Part shown: positions 49,675 to 57,558 of the stretch, piece after piece | How the letters are laid out: each line of letters begins with the position of its first letter | Numbering within the stretch: the first letter of the stretch is position 1 | From: an uncultured virus (IMG/VR IMGVR_UViG_3300020045_006345) | Taxonomy: Duplodnaviria > Heunggongvirae > Uroviricota > Caudoviricetes | Strand: one strand, 5' to 3' | Length of the DNA stretch: 64,000 nt | Virus record (IMG/VR): IMGVR_UViG_3300020045_006345 | Notes under the pieces: generated by a model | The model's input: the letters and a program-made list of their open reading frames with translations, nothing else | Database searches by the model: none | What the model was told of the DNA's origin: nothing | Program-made: the position numbers and the translations under genes

Positions 49675-51076
49675 GTGTTACCAGTTGGGGGCCACGCACT
49701 TCCTTTTAGCGAATAACCGTGGCGCTCTGTTTATGGATATGGGATTGGGGAAAACCTCATCCGTTTTGAACGCTATTGACACCCTCATTCGCTGCGGCGA
49801 AGAGGGTATGGTATTGGTAGTAGCGCCTTTACGCGTTGCACGTAACACTTGGACGGATGAAATAAACAAGTGGGCGCATACACGGTACCTAACTGTCGAT
49901 GAGATAGTGGGTACCCAACAGCAACGAGTACGAGCTTTACAATCGGATACCCAGATTAAAACGATCAATTACGAAAACTTAGTGTGGCTAGTGGGTGCCT
50001 GTGGTAAAAATTGGCCTTTTTCTACGATTGTATTCGATGAATCGACCAAGCTAAAGTCGCTACGGACACACTATAAGAAAGACGGTACTGGTAAACCCTT
50101 CATGGTGTGTACCGGGGGGGCACGGGCTTCTGCAATCGTTAAGCATGCGATTTATCGCACAGAACGGGTGTGGTTGCTAACGGGCACCCCGTGCCAGAAC
50201 TCCCTAATGGATCTCTGGGCACAGATTTTCTTTATCGATGGTGGCAAACGGTTAGGCAATTCGTTTACCGCTTTCGAGGACAGGTGGTTTAAGACCGGGT
50301 ACAACGGGTATACAAAAACACCCGTACCAGGCGCACAAGAACAGATACAGGACGTCATAAAAGATGTCGTGTACACGCTACGGGCTGAGGATTACCTGGA
50401 CTTGGGTAAGGAAGTTGTAAACACCATATACGTGAATCTACCGCCCAAAGCGGAAGAGCAGTATCTTCAGATGGAAGAAGAAATGTTCACCCGCATATTT
50501 GCAGGTAAAGTCGAAGCGTTCTCCGCAGCGGCAAAAACCATGAAGTGTAGGCAGATAGCCAACGGAGCTATCTACTACGACGACGGGAAGTTCGAGTGCG
50601 TCCATGATGAGAAGCTTTTGGCCCTCGAATCTGTAATCGAAGAAGCGAACGGGATGCCCGTCATCGTGGTGTACTCCTTCAAGTCGGATTTGGCGCGGTT
50701 ACGAAAAGCGTTCCCAAAAGGGGCTGTATTCGACAAGAACCCAAAAACAGAAAAAGATTTTAAAGCAGGTAAGATCCCAATCTTATTCTTGCACCCTGAT
50801 AGCGCAGGCCATGGGGTAGATGGACTCCAGAAGGTCACAAATATAATTTGCTTTTACAGTGTTGATTGGGACGGGGAAAAACGAACCCAAACAATCGCTA
50901 GGATAGGCAAAGTACGACAGTTCCAAGCAGGATTTAATCGTCCGGTGTTTATACACCAGATTATCGCCAGGGATACGGTTGATGAAATCATCCTTGACCG
51001 CGTAGCTAACAAGCTTACTGTGGAAGAGGCATTAAAAAAGGCTTTAGCTAAAAGAGGAAAACCAGATGGGCATTAA
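49658..51076 (+). CDS. SNF2-family helicase
   Basis: MDMGLGKT, VFDESTKLK, LTGTP, SAGHGVDGLQ. Confidence 0.92.
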   Translation: MQYKPRCYQLGATHFLLANNRGALFMDMGLGKTSSVLNAIDTLIRCGEEGMVLVVAPLRVARNTWTDEINKWAHTRYLTVDEIVGTQQQRVRALQSDTQIKTINYENLVWLVGACGKNWPFSTIVFDESTKLKSLRTHYKKDGTGKPFMVCTGGARASAIVKHAIYRTERVWLLTGTPCQNSLMDLWAQIFFIDGGKRLGNSFTAFEDRWFKTGYNGYTKTPVPGAQEQIQDVIKDVVYTLRAEDYLDLGKEVVNTIYVNLPPKAEEQYLQMEEEMFTRIFAGKVEAFSAAAKTMKCRQIANGAIYYDDGKFECVHDEKLLALESVIEEANGMPVIVVYSFKSDLARLRKAFPKGAVFDKNPKTEKDFKAGKIPILFLHPDSAGHGVDGLQKVTNIICFYSVDWDGEKRTQTIARIGKVRQFQAGFNRPVFIHQIIARDTVDEIILDRVANKLTVEEALKKALAKRGKPDGH

Positions 51077-51350
51077 CGAAATCGCTAAACGGCAGTACGA
51101 GTGGGTTGAGAAGATGGGGTGGCATAACAAGACCCCCCTGGAATGTTTAGCCTTGGTAGCAAGTGAAGTAGGGGAAGCGGTCAACGAATGCCGTGGCGAA
51201 ATGCCAACGGCAGAGTTGGGTTCGGAATTGGTAGATATTATCCTGAGAACTCTGGATCTGGCCTACGACCTGGGGATTAACGTTGAAGCTGAGATCTTAA
51301 AAAAGATGGACGCCAACGCCCTACGCGGTACTAAAGGGCGCGTGAAATGA
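51066..51350 (+). CDS. MazG-like pyrophosphohydrolase
   Basis: LALVASEVGEAVNE...ELVDIILRTLD...KKMDANALR. Confidence 0.8.
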   Translation: MGINEIAKRQYEWVEKMGWHNKTPLECLALVASEVGEAVNECRGEMPTAELGSELVDIILRTLDLAYDLGINVEAEILKKMDANALRGTKGRVK

Positions 51351-51688
51351 GCAGCCCCTTGAAACTCTCTGATTTAGTAGAACGTCTCCCGAAGTTTTTA
51401 CAACAGGACTTTACGGGTTTTATCCACGCAACCGAAGGTGAAGAGTTTCAAGAAGCTCTGGAGATGTTTCAGACAGTAAAGATGAACCCCTTGATGCAGG
51501 TAATGGTAGCGGTCCAGCTTACCACGATATTTTTGAGTCAAGCGGCCCTGGTTAAGGAAGAAGCTTGCAAGAAAAAAGAGGATGATATTGTCGAACTTTT
51601 CAACGAGTGTTTTTGGCGTCTAATAGAGATCCTTCGTGAGCAGGCTAACTATTTGGAAATGCTTCGCGCACCCGAAATTAAACATTGA
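51347..51688 (+). CDS. Hypothetical protein
   Basis: 113-aa coupled ORF. Confidence 0.6.
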   Translation: MSSPLKLSDLVERLPKFLQQDFTGFIHATEGEEFQEALEMFQTVKMNPLMQVMVAVQLTTIFLSQAALVKEEACKKKEDDIVELFNECFWRLIEILREQANYLEMLRAPEIKH

Positions 51689-51712
51689 TTAGTTTACACA
51701 TTAGAAATTCTT

Positions 51713-52546
51713 ATGAGCAATTTAGTTATCTACCACAAAAACTGCCTAGATGGTTTCGCTGCAGGACTAGCAGCGTGGCTTAAACTGGGCGACCAGGACA
51801 CCGAATACCTGCCTATGGGCTACGATGATCCGGTACCAGATGTCGCAGGTAAAGACGTTTGGGTCTTAGACTTTAGCTTCAAGCGGAACGTCTTGTTAGG
51901 ACTACACGCGCAGGCAAACAGTATTCTGGTTCTCGACCACCATAAATCAGCGCAGGAAGATCTGGAAGGTTTAGATTTTGCGGTGTTTGATATGGATATG
52001 TCCGGTGCTATGCTGGCCTGGGAGCATTTTCACCCAGAACATTCGCCGCCACTATTATTTAAGTACGTCCAAGACAGGGATCTCTGGCAATTCGAGATGG
52101 ATGGTACAAGGAATTTCACAGCGGCGCTATACTCTCTGGTACAACGTGACTTCCATAAGTGGGCGATACTGACTACACCCCACGGAGAGGAAGATCTAAT
52201 ACCGGCCCTGATTTCTCAAGGCGCAACTATTAATTTCGTTTTCGAACAAGATCTACTGATTCTAGCTAAAAAAGCCCACCCACTGGTTATTGGAGGTGTC
52301 TTTGGGTTTGGTTGCAATGCTCCGACAAAATTTTCCAGTGATTTAGGGAACTTACTAGCTAAAAAAGGCCAAACATTTGGTGCTACGTATGCTTATGATG
52401 GTATCCGATTAACTTGGGATGTATCTCTGCGATCAACGGGTGATTTTGACGTATCGGAACTCGCTAAGAAGTTTGGTGGTGGTGGACATCAGCGATCCGC
52501 AGGCTTTACTATCAAGAACTTAGCTGAGATCCACACTATACCTTAA
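51713..52546 (+). CDS. DHH/DHHA1 phosphoesterase
   Basis: YHKNCLDG, LDFS, LDHH, QDRDLW, SLRS, GGGGHQRSAGF. Confidence 0.9.
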   Translation: MSNLVIYHKNCLDGFAAGLAAWLKLGDQDTEYLPMGYDDPVPDVAGKDVWVLDFSFKRNVLLGLHAQANSILVLDHHKSAQEDLEGLDFAVFDMDMSGAMLAWEHFHPEHSPPLLFKYVQDRDLWQFEMDGTRNFTAALYSLVQRDFHKWAILTTPHGEEDLIPALISQGATINFVFEQDLLILAKKAHPLVIGGVFGFGCNAPTKFSSDLGNLLAKKGQTFGATYAYDGIRLTWDVSLRSTGDFDVSELAKKFGGGGHQRSAGFTIKNLAEIHTIP

Positions 52547-52574
52547 CCTAATTTAAAATAGTTGAAAATAGTGA

Positions 52575-52604
52575 TTGACATGACCGTGTCACATGCTGTA
52601 AACT
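52575..52604 (+). promoter_or_regulatory. Promoter with palindromic operator, likely driving HU + RNA cluster + Ro60
   Basis: TTGACA, 18 nt, TAAACT; TGACAT-GACC-GTGTCA palindrome. Confidence 0.6.
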
Positions 52605-52666
52605 TTTTAACCATGAACTGACGCACTCACCGCCAGCCACTCAAACAACTTAACCAGGATAGAAAA

Positions 52667-52939
52667 ATGACACAAGCTGAATTATTAAAAGAATTGTCTG
52701 CCAAAACCGGTGTTAAACAGACCGATCTGAAACAGGTACTCATCTCTTTAGCGTCTATCGCTTTGGAAGAATTAAAATCTAACGGTAAATTTGAGGTGCC
52801 AGCACTAGGAATTATATCTACCGAACAACGCGCAGCTCGTAAAGGCCGCAACCCACAAACCGGTGCTGAGATTGACATTGCAGCTAAGAAAGTGGTTAAG
52901 TTTAAAGCTACAAAAGGTATTCGCGAAGCGATTGCCTAG
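52667..52939 (+). CDS. hup: HU DNA-binding protein
   Basis: RAARKGRNPQTGAEIDIAAKKVVKFKA. Confidence 0.92.
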   Translation: MTQAELLKELSAKTGVKQTDLKQVLISLASIALEELKSNGKFEVPALGIISTEQRAARKGRNPQTGAEIDIAAKKVVKFKATKGIREAIA

Positions 52940-52966
52940 GTAGGAAAAATAAAAGTTACAAATTTA

Positions 52967-53023
52967 GGAGCTGCTATCGCAGGGTTACCATTGATAAACA
53001 CCCCTGCGAAAACTACTTGCTCC
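52967..53023 (+). ncRNA. Minimal Y-RNA-like unit 1
   Basis: GGAGCUG...ACUUGCUCC bulged terminal helix; inner stem UCGCAGGG/CCCUGCGA; GUUACC and UAAACAC motifs. Confidence 0.7.
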
Positions 53024-53062
53024 AACTAATATTTAAAGAGCGTGTTTCATTTGGTGATTGCA

Positions 53063-53222
53063 GTTGTGGTTTGCAGGTAGACCTTAGTCGGTTACACTCC
53101 GGGTCAGTAAGGACTCTTAGACGTAAACGTTGTGGTTTGCCCCCAAAGAACGTGCAGCGATAAGCGTGGTTAACTCTTAGACGTAAACGTTGTGATTTGT
53201 AGGTAGACCTTAGTCGGTTACA
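53063..53222. repeat. Nested direct repeats: 28-nt repeats (53113-53140, 53173-53200) around a 32-nt spacer; 34-nt hairpin unit at 53063-53096 and 53189-53222
   Basis: ACTCTTAGACGTAAACGTTGTG(G/A)TTTG(C/T) twice; GTTGTG(G/A)TTTG(C/T)AGGTAGACCTTAGTCGGTTACA twice. Confidence 0.9.
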
Positions 53223-53293
53223 TTACCATTTACGTTTTCGATGTCGTGTTCAAGCCCCACCAGCGACTCCAAAAAGGTAAATGTTGTTTTTAA

Positions 53294-53368
53294 GCAGGTA
53301 TAGCGCAATAGGTAGCGCGGTAGCCTTCCAAGCTATGAGTGTCGGTTCGAGACCGACTACCTGCTCCA
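53294..53368 (+). tRNA. tRNA-Gly(TCC)
   Basis: GCAGGTA/TACCTGC acceptor, GCGC D-stem, CT-TCC-AA loop, GTCGG-TTCGAGA-CCGAC, encoded CCA. Confidence 0.95.
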
Positions 53369-53382
53369 AGATTTTAATATGT

Positions 53383-53475
53383 GTTAGGGAGCTGAATATC
53401 GGTTTAAGTCAGCGCGGTCTGTAAAACCGTAGTCGCTATAATCGGGTGAGGGTTCGACTCCCTACCTTAACACCA
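53383..53475 (+). tRNA. tRNA-Tyr(GTA), atypical D and T arms
   Basis: GTTAGGG/CCTTAAC acceptor + ACCA, GCGGT-CT-GTA-AA-ACCGT, long variable arm, GGTTCGACTCC. Confidence 0.75.
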
Positions 53476-53486
53476 ATTGTTTTTAC

Positions 53487-53560
53487 GAGCTGAAGTAGTT
53501 ACGTTACCAAAATAGCTGACCGCGAGTCTGCCAATAAACACCGTACTGCGGAAACTTGCT
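53487..53560 (+). ncRNA. Y-RNA-like unit 2
   Basis: GAGCUGAA...ACUUGCU ends; GUAGU-U-ACG/CGUACUGC stem; GUUACC and UAAACAC motifs. Confidence 0.65.
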
Positions 53561-53606
53561 AGAATTTAGTTTTAAATGTTGTACGTTATGCTGATGATGT
53601 GACTTT

Positions 53607-53637
53607 GCTTGGGAGTTTTTGGCCCAAGCCCTTTTTT
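53607..53637 (+). terminator. Terminator-like hairpin within the RNA cluster
   Basis: GCTTGGG/CCCAAGC stem followed by CC-T6. Confidence 0.4.
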
Positions 53638-53670
53638 AAGTGGTTCTAATCCTAGATCTACTTAAAAAAT

Positions 53671-53724
53671 GGTTGGAGTTGGAAGTTTAACTTGAGAGAT
53701 AAACACTTCCGACGAATATTTGCC
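53671..53724 (+). ncRNA. Y-RNA-like unit 3 (divergent)
   Basis: GGUUGG...UUUGCC ends; GUUGGAAG/CUUCCGAC stem; UUUAAC and UAAACAC motifs. Confidence 0.55.
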
Positions 53725-53731
53725 TTTTTAA

Positions 53732-53872
53732 TGCTTTCTGTAGCTCAGTGGTAGAGCCACCGAAAATCATCATGCGAAATTAACTTGCTCCCGAACCTAT
53801 AGTCAGGAAGGGAGCTGAATTTGTATGTTTACCAAATCAGTTGGTCGTGGGTTCGAATCCCACCAGAAAGCA
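53732..53872 (+). ncRNA. tRNA-like RNA carrying a Y-RNA Ro60-binding helix in place of the anticodon loop (circularly permuted YrlA-like)
   Basis: TGCTTTCTG/CAGAAAGCA acceptor, TAGCTCAGTGGTAGAGC D-arm, GTGGG-TTCGAAT-CCCAC T-arm; internal ACTTGCTCCC (53783) precedes GGGAGCTGA (53810). Confidence 0.78.
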
Positions 53873-53904
53873 CTCAATTCGTTTCAAAAGAACTGGAGAT
53901 TCTT

Positions 53905-55497
53905 ATGTCATTCGCATTTCAAGATCACGTAGATCACAAACGCGTAGTCGGCGCTCAAAACGTTGATAAACCTATCGCTGGTCGTCAAAACGACATGATC
54001 CAAAACTCATCTGGCAAATACGTATTCGAAGCGGCTAATCGCTTAGAGCGTTTCTTAATTTTGGGTACCGAAGATGGTACTTATTACGTTAGCGAAAAAA
54101 AGCTAACTCGCGACAACGTTAACGTGCTTACAGAAGCGTTGAAAACTGACCCAATGGGTACTATCGATTTAATCGTAGCGGTGTCTACACAAGGTCGTTG
54201 CATCAAAAATGACACTTGCATCTTCGCTTTGGCCTATGCTTCTGCACACGATGCTGTAGATGTTCGTAAATACGCATTGAGACAATTACCTGCCGTTTGC
54301 CGTATCGGAACCCACTTATTCCAGTTTATGGAATATGCCAAGTATTTCCGTGGTCGTGGTAGAGCGTTCAACAACGCTATTAAAAACTGGTACCTCCATA
54401 AAACCCCTGATGACTTAGCGTATCAGGTCGTTAAGTACCAGCAACGAAATGGTTGGTCACACCGGGATCTTTTACGCTTATGTAAACCAACACCGGTATC
54501 TGACTTGCAGAACGCGGTTTTCGCCTGGGTAACCGGTAAAGACCTTGAAATTAAATATCCAGACATCATTGTTGGTTATGAGTTAGCCAAAAAAGCGGAG
54601 TCCTTAAACGTCATCCAGCACTTGATTACCAAGTACAAATTGACGCGTGAAATGGTACCGACACAATGGCTAAATCAAAAAGGTGTGTGGGAACGTTTGA
54701 TATTAAACACTCCGTATATCGCGCTTTTGCGTAACTTAGGTGTAATGTCCGCTTGTGATTTTATTAAACCGTTTTCGGATGCTGAAACCTACGTTGCAGA
54801 ACGTTTGTGTAACGTGGAGGAAGTTAAAAAATCTAAAGTACACCCGATCCAGGTCATGATGGCGTTATGCACATACAGATCCGGTGAAGGCGTTAAGGGA
54901 AGTCTGACCTGGGCACCTTCCCAAAAAGTGGTTCAAGCTTTAGAAGACGCGTTCTATTTGGCTTTTGGTAACGTCGAACCTACAGGTAAAAACTACTTGT
55001 TGGCACTTGACATATCAGGCTCCATGGCTTTTGACAACATCGGCGGCATTAAAGATTTTACGCCCCGTGTTGCTTCTGCGGTCATGGCAATGGTAACGTT
55101 GAGAACTGAACCAAACTGCTTAGTGTTAGGTTTTAGCCATGAACTTGTCCCTATCGACATGAACGCTAGATCCTCGCTGAAAGAAGCGCAGGCTGCGGTA
55201 AGCAGCTTGCCTTTTGGGTCAACCAACGTTGGCCTACCTTTTGAGTATGCTATACGACACAAGCTGCCGATTGATGTCTTCGTGGTCTATACCGACAACG
55301 AAGTTACCTACGGGCAACATCCTGCTACTTTGCTAAAGGAACACCGTAGACATGGTTACCCAAATGCTAAGTTAGCAGTTGTAGCGATGACGTCAAACGG
55401 TTTCAGCATCGCTGATCCGAATGACCCAGGTATGATGGATTTCGTTGGTTTCGATACTGCGACACCTTCGGCTATCAGTGCTTTCGTTAACGCATAA
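53905..55497 (+). CDS. rsr: Ro60/Rsr ribonucleoprotein (TROVE + vWA)
   Basis: RLERFLILGTEDGTYY, RIGTHLFQF, KYQQRNGWSHRDLLRL, ALLRNLG, VHPIQV, LDISGSM, YTDNE, SIADPND.GMMDFVGFD; ACTGGAGA RBS. Confidence 0.95.
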   Translation: MSFAFQDHVDHKRVVGAQNVDKPIAGRQNDMIQNSSGKYVFEAANRLERFLILGTEDGTYYVSEKKLTRDNVNVLTEALKTDPMGTIDLIVAVSTQGRCIKNDTCIFALAYASAHDAVDVRKYALRQLPAVCRIGTHLFQFMEYAKYFRGRGRAFNNAIKNWYLHKTPDDLAYQVVKYQQRNGWSHRDLLRLCKPTPVSDLQNAVFAWVTGKDLEIKYPDIIVGYELAKKAESLNVIQHLITKYKLTREMVPTQWLNQKGVWERLILNTPYIALLRNLGVMSACDFIKPFSDAETYVAERLCNVEEVKKSKVHPIQVMMALCTYRSGEGVKGSLTWAPSQKVVQALEDAFYLAFGNVEPTGKNYLLALDISGSMAFDNIGGIKDFTPRVASAVMAMVTLRTEPNCLVLGFSHELVPIDMNARSSLKEAQAAVSSLPFGSTNVGLPFEYAIRHKLPIDVFVVYTDNEVTYGQHPATLLKEHRRHGYPNAKLAVVAMTSNGFSIADPNDPGMMDFVGFDTATPSAISAFVNA

Positions 55498-55511
55498 TGA
55501 AGTTAGTAACC

Positions 55512-55546
55512 GCCATAACCCTCATCTTTTCTGTGAGGGTTATGGC
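55512..55546 (+). terminator. Strong hairpin after Ro60
   Basis: 13-bp stem GCCATAACCCTCA/TGAGGGTTATGGC. Confidence 0.55.
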
Positions 55547-55579
55547 CTTAGTAATGTACCTGATTAACTGGAGAACTGT

Positions 55580-55810
55580 ATGGCTTTTACCGTACAAGAA
55601 GCGATAAACCAAGCTGTAGATTTACTGGCACAGCGGGATGATGTTAACGAGCAGTTGAAAGCTTTAAAAGAGGCTGCAGGTAACAACAACCTTAACCCAA
55701 AAGCTTTGATGGCGGCGGCTACCGCTATCCACAAAGATAAACTGGATACTTTGGAAGAGTACACCGACGAAGTTTCCGACATAATTTCAAACTGGAGACA
55801 CATAAAATGA
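55580..55810 (+). CDS. GapR/DUF2312-like small DNA-binding protein
   Basis: RDDVNEQLKALKEAAGNNNLNPKAL pattern. Confidence 0.5.
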   Translation: MAFTVQEAINQAVDLLAQRDDVNEQLKALKEAAGNNNLNPKALMAAATAIHKDKLDTLEEYTDEVSDIISNWRHIK

Positions 55811-56171
55811 AATTGAAATTGACATTAATTATTGCGGTATTAACACCTGTGGCGTGTAGTGAAGATCCCAAAGTCTCTTTTGAGACTTAGAAGCTCAACG
55901 GCAGACAGCTCTCGAAAATAGTCCCTTTAACGCTAACGTTGCCGTTCCCGCTACCTAAAGCGGTACAGTAGTACAAGTTGTTGGTAAGGACGCAGCCCAT
56001 ACAGTGCGTTAACAAGGTGTATGCCAGTCTACAGTTAGTATCGCCAAATTTTCTGTGTAGCGCGGAGGCGGTACAAAACTGACATTTTGAATAAAATTTC
56101 CTTACCAATCGTCGGTAGCCCAGCGACGTTAACCATGGGCGCTACCCTAATCCACATACTGGAGAGATAAA

Positions 56172-56591
56172 ATGTTCGGAAAGTTCATGCGAAGCGCAAA
56201 AAAAGTAACCAATGCAAACTTGATGGAAGCAATCGTAGCGGGTTGCGTACTGGTAGCCGCCGCTGATGGTACCGTAAGTCGTGACGAGTTGGCGAAAGTT
56301 GAAAAACTGCTAAACAATAACGACAATCTAGCGGCTTTTGCTGGATCTGAGATCAAGAAAACGATTACCCGATACCAGAATGTCCTAGAAGCTGATTTCG
56401 GCGTTGGGCAAGCAAAAATGCTTAAAGAGATTCGCGAAATTGCTGATAACCCTGAGCAATGCGAAGAGGTTTTCCTGAACATGTTGGCTGTTGCTAAAGC
56501 AGACAATAGTATAGACGAATCTGAAAAAGCGGTACTTATTCGCGTAGCAAGCGAGTTAGGTCAAAATGTAGCTGACTATGGTATTACGTAA
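56172..56591 (+). CDS. terB: TerB-family protein
   Basis: LMEAIVAGCVLVAAADGTVSRDE...VAKADNSIDESEKAVL. Confidence 0.88.
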   Translation: MFGKFMRSAKKVTNANLMEAIVAGCVLVAAADGTVSRDELAKVEKLLNNNDNLAAFAGSEIKKTITRYQNVLEADFGVGQAKMLKEIREIADNPEQCEEVFLNMLAVAKADNSIDESEKAVLIRVASELGQNVADYGIT

Positions 56592-56803
56592 TGCGCGTTT
56601 TTGGTCGATATCGCAGTGATATGTATCGTTGTTGTGTGGGTTCTGAGAAGAACTTTTTTAGAAAAGTAAGCGCCCTGTCACAAAAATAGGGTATGCTTAT
56701 AAGTGTCATCTCAACTGAGGGGTATTTCGTGAAAATTAAAATCTCATTGCCATCTCGGATCGAGAAGGCAATCCTTAAAATTGAACAAAAATTGGAGTTA
56801 ATA

Positions 56804-57094
56804 ATGTCTATCGTTACTGATTTATTGGAAGCAACTAAAGCGAACACTGACGCGACAAACGCGACTATTCTGTTAATGCACGGTTTAGTCGATCAGGTAG
56901 CTGCGTTGAACGCTGCTGGTGATGTTGAGGGCGTAGCTGCCGCTTTGGTTGAGATCAAAGCTAATACTGCGAGTCTTATCTCGGCTACTACCGAGAATAC
57001 TCCACATGCCGATGTTGTGCCTACCCCTGCGGAAGTACAGGCTGCTGTTGACGCCGTGAACGCTGCGGTGATTGATCCGACTGCCGTAGAGTAA
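56804..57094 (+). CDS. Ala-rich hypothetical protein
   Basis: ATG 56804 with GGAG RBS. Confidence 0.6.
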   Translation: MSIVTDLLEATKANTDATNATILLMHGLVDQVAALNAAGDVEGVAAALVEIKANTASLISATTENTPHADVVPTPAEVQAAVDAVNAAVIDPTAVE

Positions 57095-57144
57095 TACTCG
57101 TGGCGCGTACTCCCATCTGGTAAGCTTACGCGCCACTTTATTCC

Positions 57145-57223
57145 ACCCCCTTAGCATAAGTGGTGAATGCACCCGACTCATAATCGGGAGACTCCGGGTT
57201 CGAATCCGACGGAGGGGGTACCA
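57145..57223 (+). tRNA. tRNA with CAT anticodon (Met or Ile2), irregular T-stem
   Basis: ACCCCCT/AGGGGGT acceptor + ACCA, GCAT/ATGC D-stem, CCCGA-CT-CAT-AA-TCGGG, GGTTCGAATCC. Confidence 0.85.
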
Positions 57224-57243
57224 TTTTAAACAAGATATGCGCC

Positions 57244-57429
57244 ATGACTAAACAAATTAGAATTGAAAATGCTGATACCTCCGATCACAAAGTCGCTGTA
57301 GAAGTTTGGCAAAAATCTGGAAGTGATGCGCCAGATACGTTGGTAAAAACCCTACCGCTCGATTACGGTACTGCTATGGTTAGCGAGACTATCTGGAAAG
57401 AGCGATATTTGGTGGTAAAAGAAGTTTAG
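57244..57429 (+). CDS. Hypothetical protein
   Basis: 61 aa, MTKQIRIENADTSDHKV. Confidence 0.65.
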   Translation: MTKQIRIENADTSDHKVAVEVWQKSGSDAPDTLVKTLPLDYGTAMVSETIWKERYLVVKEV

Positions 57430-57558
57430 ATTTCGATACTGCACGAAACATTCAGTATCTTCCTACCTGGAATGTGCATACGGGAGGACGGTAACAGAGA
57501 ACCGTAACGATGATGGGTACTTGTATATCCTGATAGATGATCTCCGAAAATGCAAGAC

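Noticed and set aside
53063..53222. Bona fide CRISPR array
   Set aside because: Only two full repeats, no resemblance to a repeat family I recognise, and no cas genes; kept as a repeat and a finding.
53243..53271. tRNA or tmRNA 3' end (GTTCAAGCCCCACCAGCGACTCCA)
   Set aside because: The T-stem pairs poorly and I could not find a matching 5' half; at most a remnant.
53388..53396. GGAGCTGAA as a fifth Y-like unit
   Set aside because: It lies within tRNA-Tyr, pairs as its D-stem and has no ACTTGCTCC partner.
53580..53591. Second dif-like site (TGTACGTTATGC shared with 25372-25383)
   Set aside because: No XerD arm; a 12-nt match may be chance.
53732..53872. tRNA with a group I or archaeal-type intron
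   Set aside because: The insert is too short for a group I intron, no clear 7-nt anticodon loop is restored, and the insert matches the Y-like motif.
53821..53904. N-terminal extension of Ro60 in the ORF track (TTG start)
   Set aside because: It overlaps the tRNA-like RNA; ATG 53905 has the phage's ACTGGAGA RBS.
57529..57549. Hammerhead ribozyme core (CTGATAGA...GAAA)
   Set aside because: Spacing deviates from CUGANGA and the required stems could not be built.
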